NCBI RefSeq assembly: GCF_009914755.1
Contig: NC_060934.1
Length of the DNA: 64,000 bases
Origin: the human T2T-CHM13v2.0 reference genome, Homo sapiens
Reading direction: 5' to 3' (one strand)
In this document: positions 61,452-64,000 of the stretch, one piece after another
How the letters are laid out: each line of letters begins with the position of its first letter
Numbering within the stretch: position 1 is the first letter of the stretch
Translations under genes and position numbers: made by a program
The notes under the pieces: generated by a model
Seen by the model: only the letters and a program-made list of their open reading frames with translations
Told to the model about the DNA's origin: nothing
Database searches by the model: none

Positions 61452-62661
61452 CAAAACTGCTGATGTCTGCTTTTTTTTTTTTTTCTTTCTTCTTACTTTG
61501 GGTTTATTTTGGTCTTATTTTCTCTAGTTTCTTAAGACATCAGTTTAGCTTATTGATGGAATTTTTTTCTCTTTTCTGTCTCTACTTCAGCTGTTTCCTA
61601 CATATTATATATTTTTTCAGCTGTTTCCTATACATTATGTATTTTCTTTTGCATTCAGTTTGATATGGTTTTTTTTTTTTTTCTCTTGAGACTTCCTCTC
61701 TGACTGACCCATGGATAACTTAGGGGTATGAATGTTAGTATCCAAGTGTTTGGACATATTCTTGTCATCTTTCTGTTATTGATTTCTAATTTGATCCCAT
61801 TGTGGTCAGAGAACACATTCTGTATAATTTCAATATTTTAACTTTGTTGTGGTTTGTCTTGTGGCCCAAACTATGGTCTGTCTTGGTAAATGTTCTGTGG
61901 ATTCTTGAAAAGATTGCTTTTTGCTATTGTTGGATAGAATATTCTGTAAGCATTGACTAGGTGCTGTTGTTAGTGGTGTCCTTGAGTTTTATGTCATTGC
62001 TGATTTTCTTGTCTAGTTATTTTTATCAGTTGTTGGGATGGGGTGTTGAGCTCTCCAACTGTAATTGTAGATTTGGCGATTCTCTCAGTTTTATGAGATT
62101 ATGCTTCAGCTACTATACGTTTCTGCAGTTTGGTGTGCTGTTAGGATCACTGTGTCTTCTTGGTAGATTAACCTTTTTATCATTTTGTGAGGTCTCTTTC
62201 TATATGTGGGTATTCTTTTTGCTCTGAAGTCTATTTGATAATAATATAAGCACATCAAATTTCTTTTGTTTTTTTTTTTTGGCGTGGTATATCGTTTTCA
62301 TCTTTTATTTTAAAATATATATATTTTTATACCTAACATGAATTTCCTGTAATCTGCATATAGTTAGGCCATGAATCTACCAATCTGTCTTTTAATGGGT
62401 ATATTTCAGCCCTTTATATTTAATGTAATTTTTGCTATGTAAGTCTGCCATTTTATTTTTTTCTTTTTTCTTTATTTCTGTTTTTTCTTTTCTGTATATT
62501 AGTTTTTTAATAATTCTATTTTTATTTATATATAGTGTTTTGAGTTTATGTCTTTATAATAATGTTTTAGTTGTTGCTGTAGGCATTATATTTCACACAC
62601 ACATACATATATATTTAACTATATATAGTCTACTACATGTAGAAACTTTATGTCCTTTTAA

Positions 62662-63077
<416 letters not shown>

Positions 63078-64000
63078 TTCCCAGTCCTCCCTTTCTGATG
63101 GGAATGGGGGCTGGGGCCACAGGTTTTTCTGTGGTGTTAGGTAGATTACTGGATACAAGTTTCCTGCATTGCTAGTCTTCCTCTTTCCTGATCCTTTGGC
63201 TAGAGTGTGCAGGCTTTCTTAAATTTTTTTTTTGTGTGTGTTCCTTGTCATTTCCAGGGGCTGGCTTCTCTATCACTCATTTTAGGATACATTAGGCAAA
63301 AAGAAAATCACCATATTTTTCCTTGGGTCCCAAGCTGGTCTCACTTTTTCTCTCTACCTTTCAGAATATTGTGTTTTATATATAGTGCCCAGGGTTTTTA
63401 GCTGTATTTGACAGCAGGAAAAGGGAGAAGTATGTCTACTCCATCTTTTCCTGAAACTGGAATTCCCTGTTCTATTAAATGCTGATCAGAGTATGTTATT
63501 TCTACTCTCTATAAGTAAATTGACAAGAAGCTAAGTAGTTGACACCAAGGAAAGTAAGAGAGCTATTATTTTCAGGGTGGTTATATTTAATAGAAGAATT
63601 TTTAAGATACTCAAATCAAAGTAATGAAAAGAGGAAGAAAGATTCCACCAATTGCTGTGGGTGTTTATAAACAAGAATGATCATAATTAATTTAGGCAGG
63701 ATCAGGAAAAGCTTTTAGGAAATGGGTTTGAAAGAACCTAAGGGGGCTGGATAAGATTTTGACAGATGGGTAGAGAAGTGGAAGACGCATTGTAGGTGGC
63801 AGAAATAAAATGAGTAACATTCTTTGTCTTTCTGGGCATAAGCTCTGATGGCATACAACTGTTTGATAGGCTAATAGATGGGTGCCCCTTGGCGGTGGCA
63901 GGCAGCGCTGTTTATGTATTTATTTCACAAGGTTGTCTTTCCCTTCTTATACTCAGACCTATGCCAGAGATTATGATTTGTTGGTCTTGGGGAAATAAAG

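Noticed and set aside
63934-64000. Acceptor-like tract (ttgtctttcccttcttatactcAG) at the window end
   Set aside because: Downstream sequence is truncated by the window edge and is not recognisable as CCSER2 coding sequence

Overview
Primate (most likely human) AT-rich, repeat-dense genomic DNA lying inside one + strand protein-coding gene that I recognise from its peptide as CCSER2 (FAM190B). Four coding exons are visible: 5020-5215, 30431-30514, 36865-36951 and 44067-44156. All have canonical AG/GT sites and splice into one open frame. The rest is intron. It holds about 27 Alu/FAM copies, a 5'-truncated sense L1PA7-like element, and a full-length antisense L1PA4/5-like element (ORF1 broken by one stop, ORF0 and antisense promoter region retained). 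It also holds a CACYBP processed pseudogene interrupted by THE1 and Alu, old L1M/L2/MIR/MLT/MER relics, and a MER41 element with R-U5-int-U3-R architecture suggesting an L1-mobilised ERV RNA. Almost all ORF-track entries are repeat-derived or chance ORFs. I found no convincing wholly new biological system. The best leads are a candidate alternative CCSER2 exon at ~18.6-18.8 kb that splices in frame, a ~93-bp direct repeat bracketing the exon with a KYTQT (LC8-type) motif, the processed MER41 retro-copy, two fold-back palindromes around AT microsatellites, and a possible CS-domain-only ORF in the CACYBP retrocopy. Repeat subfamily calls come from recalled consensus features, not from alignment.
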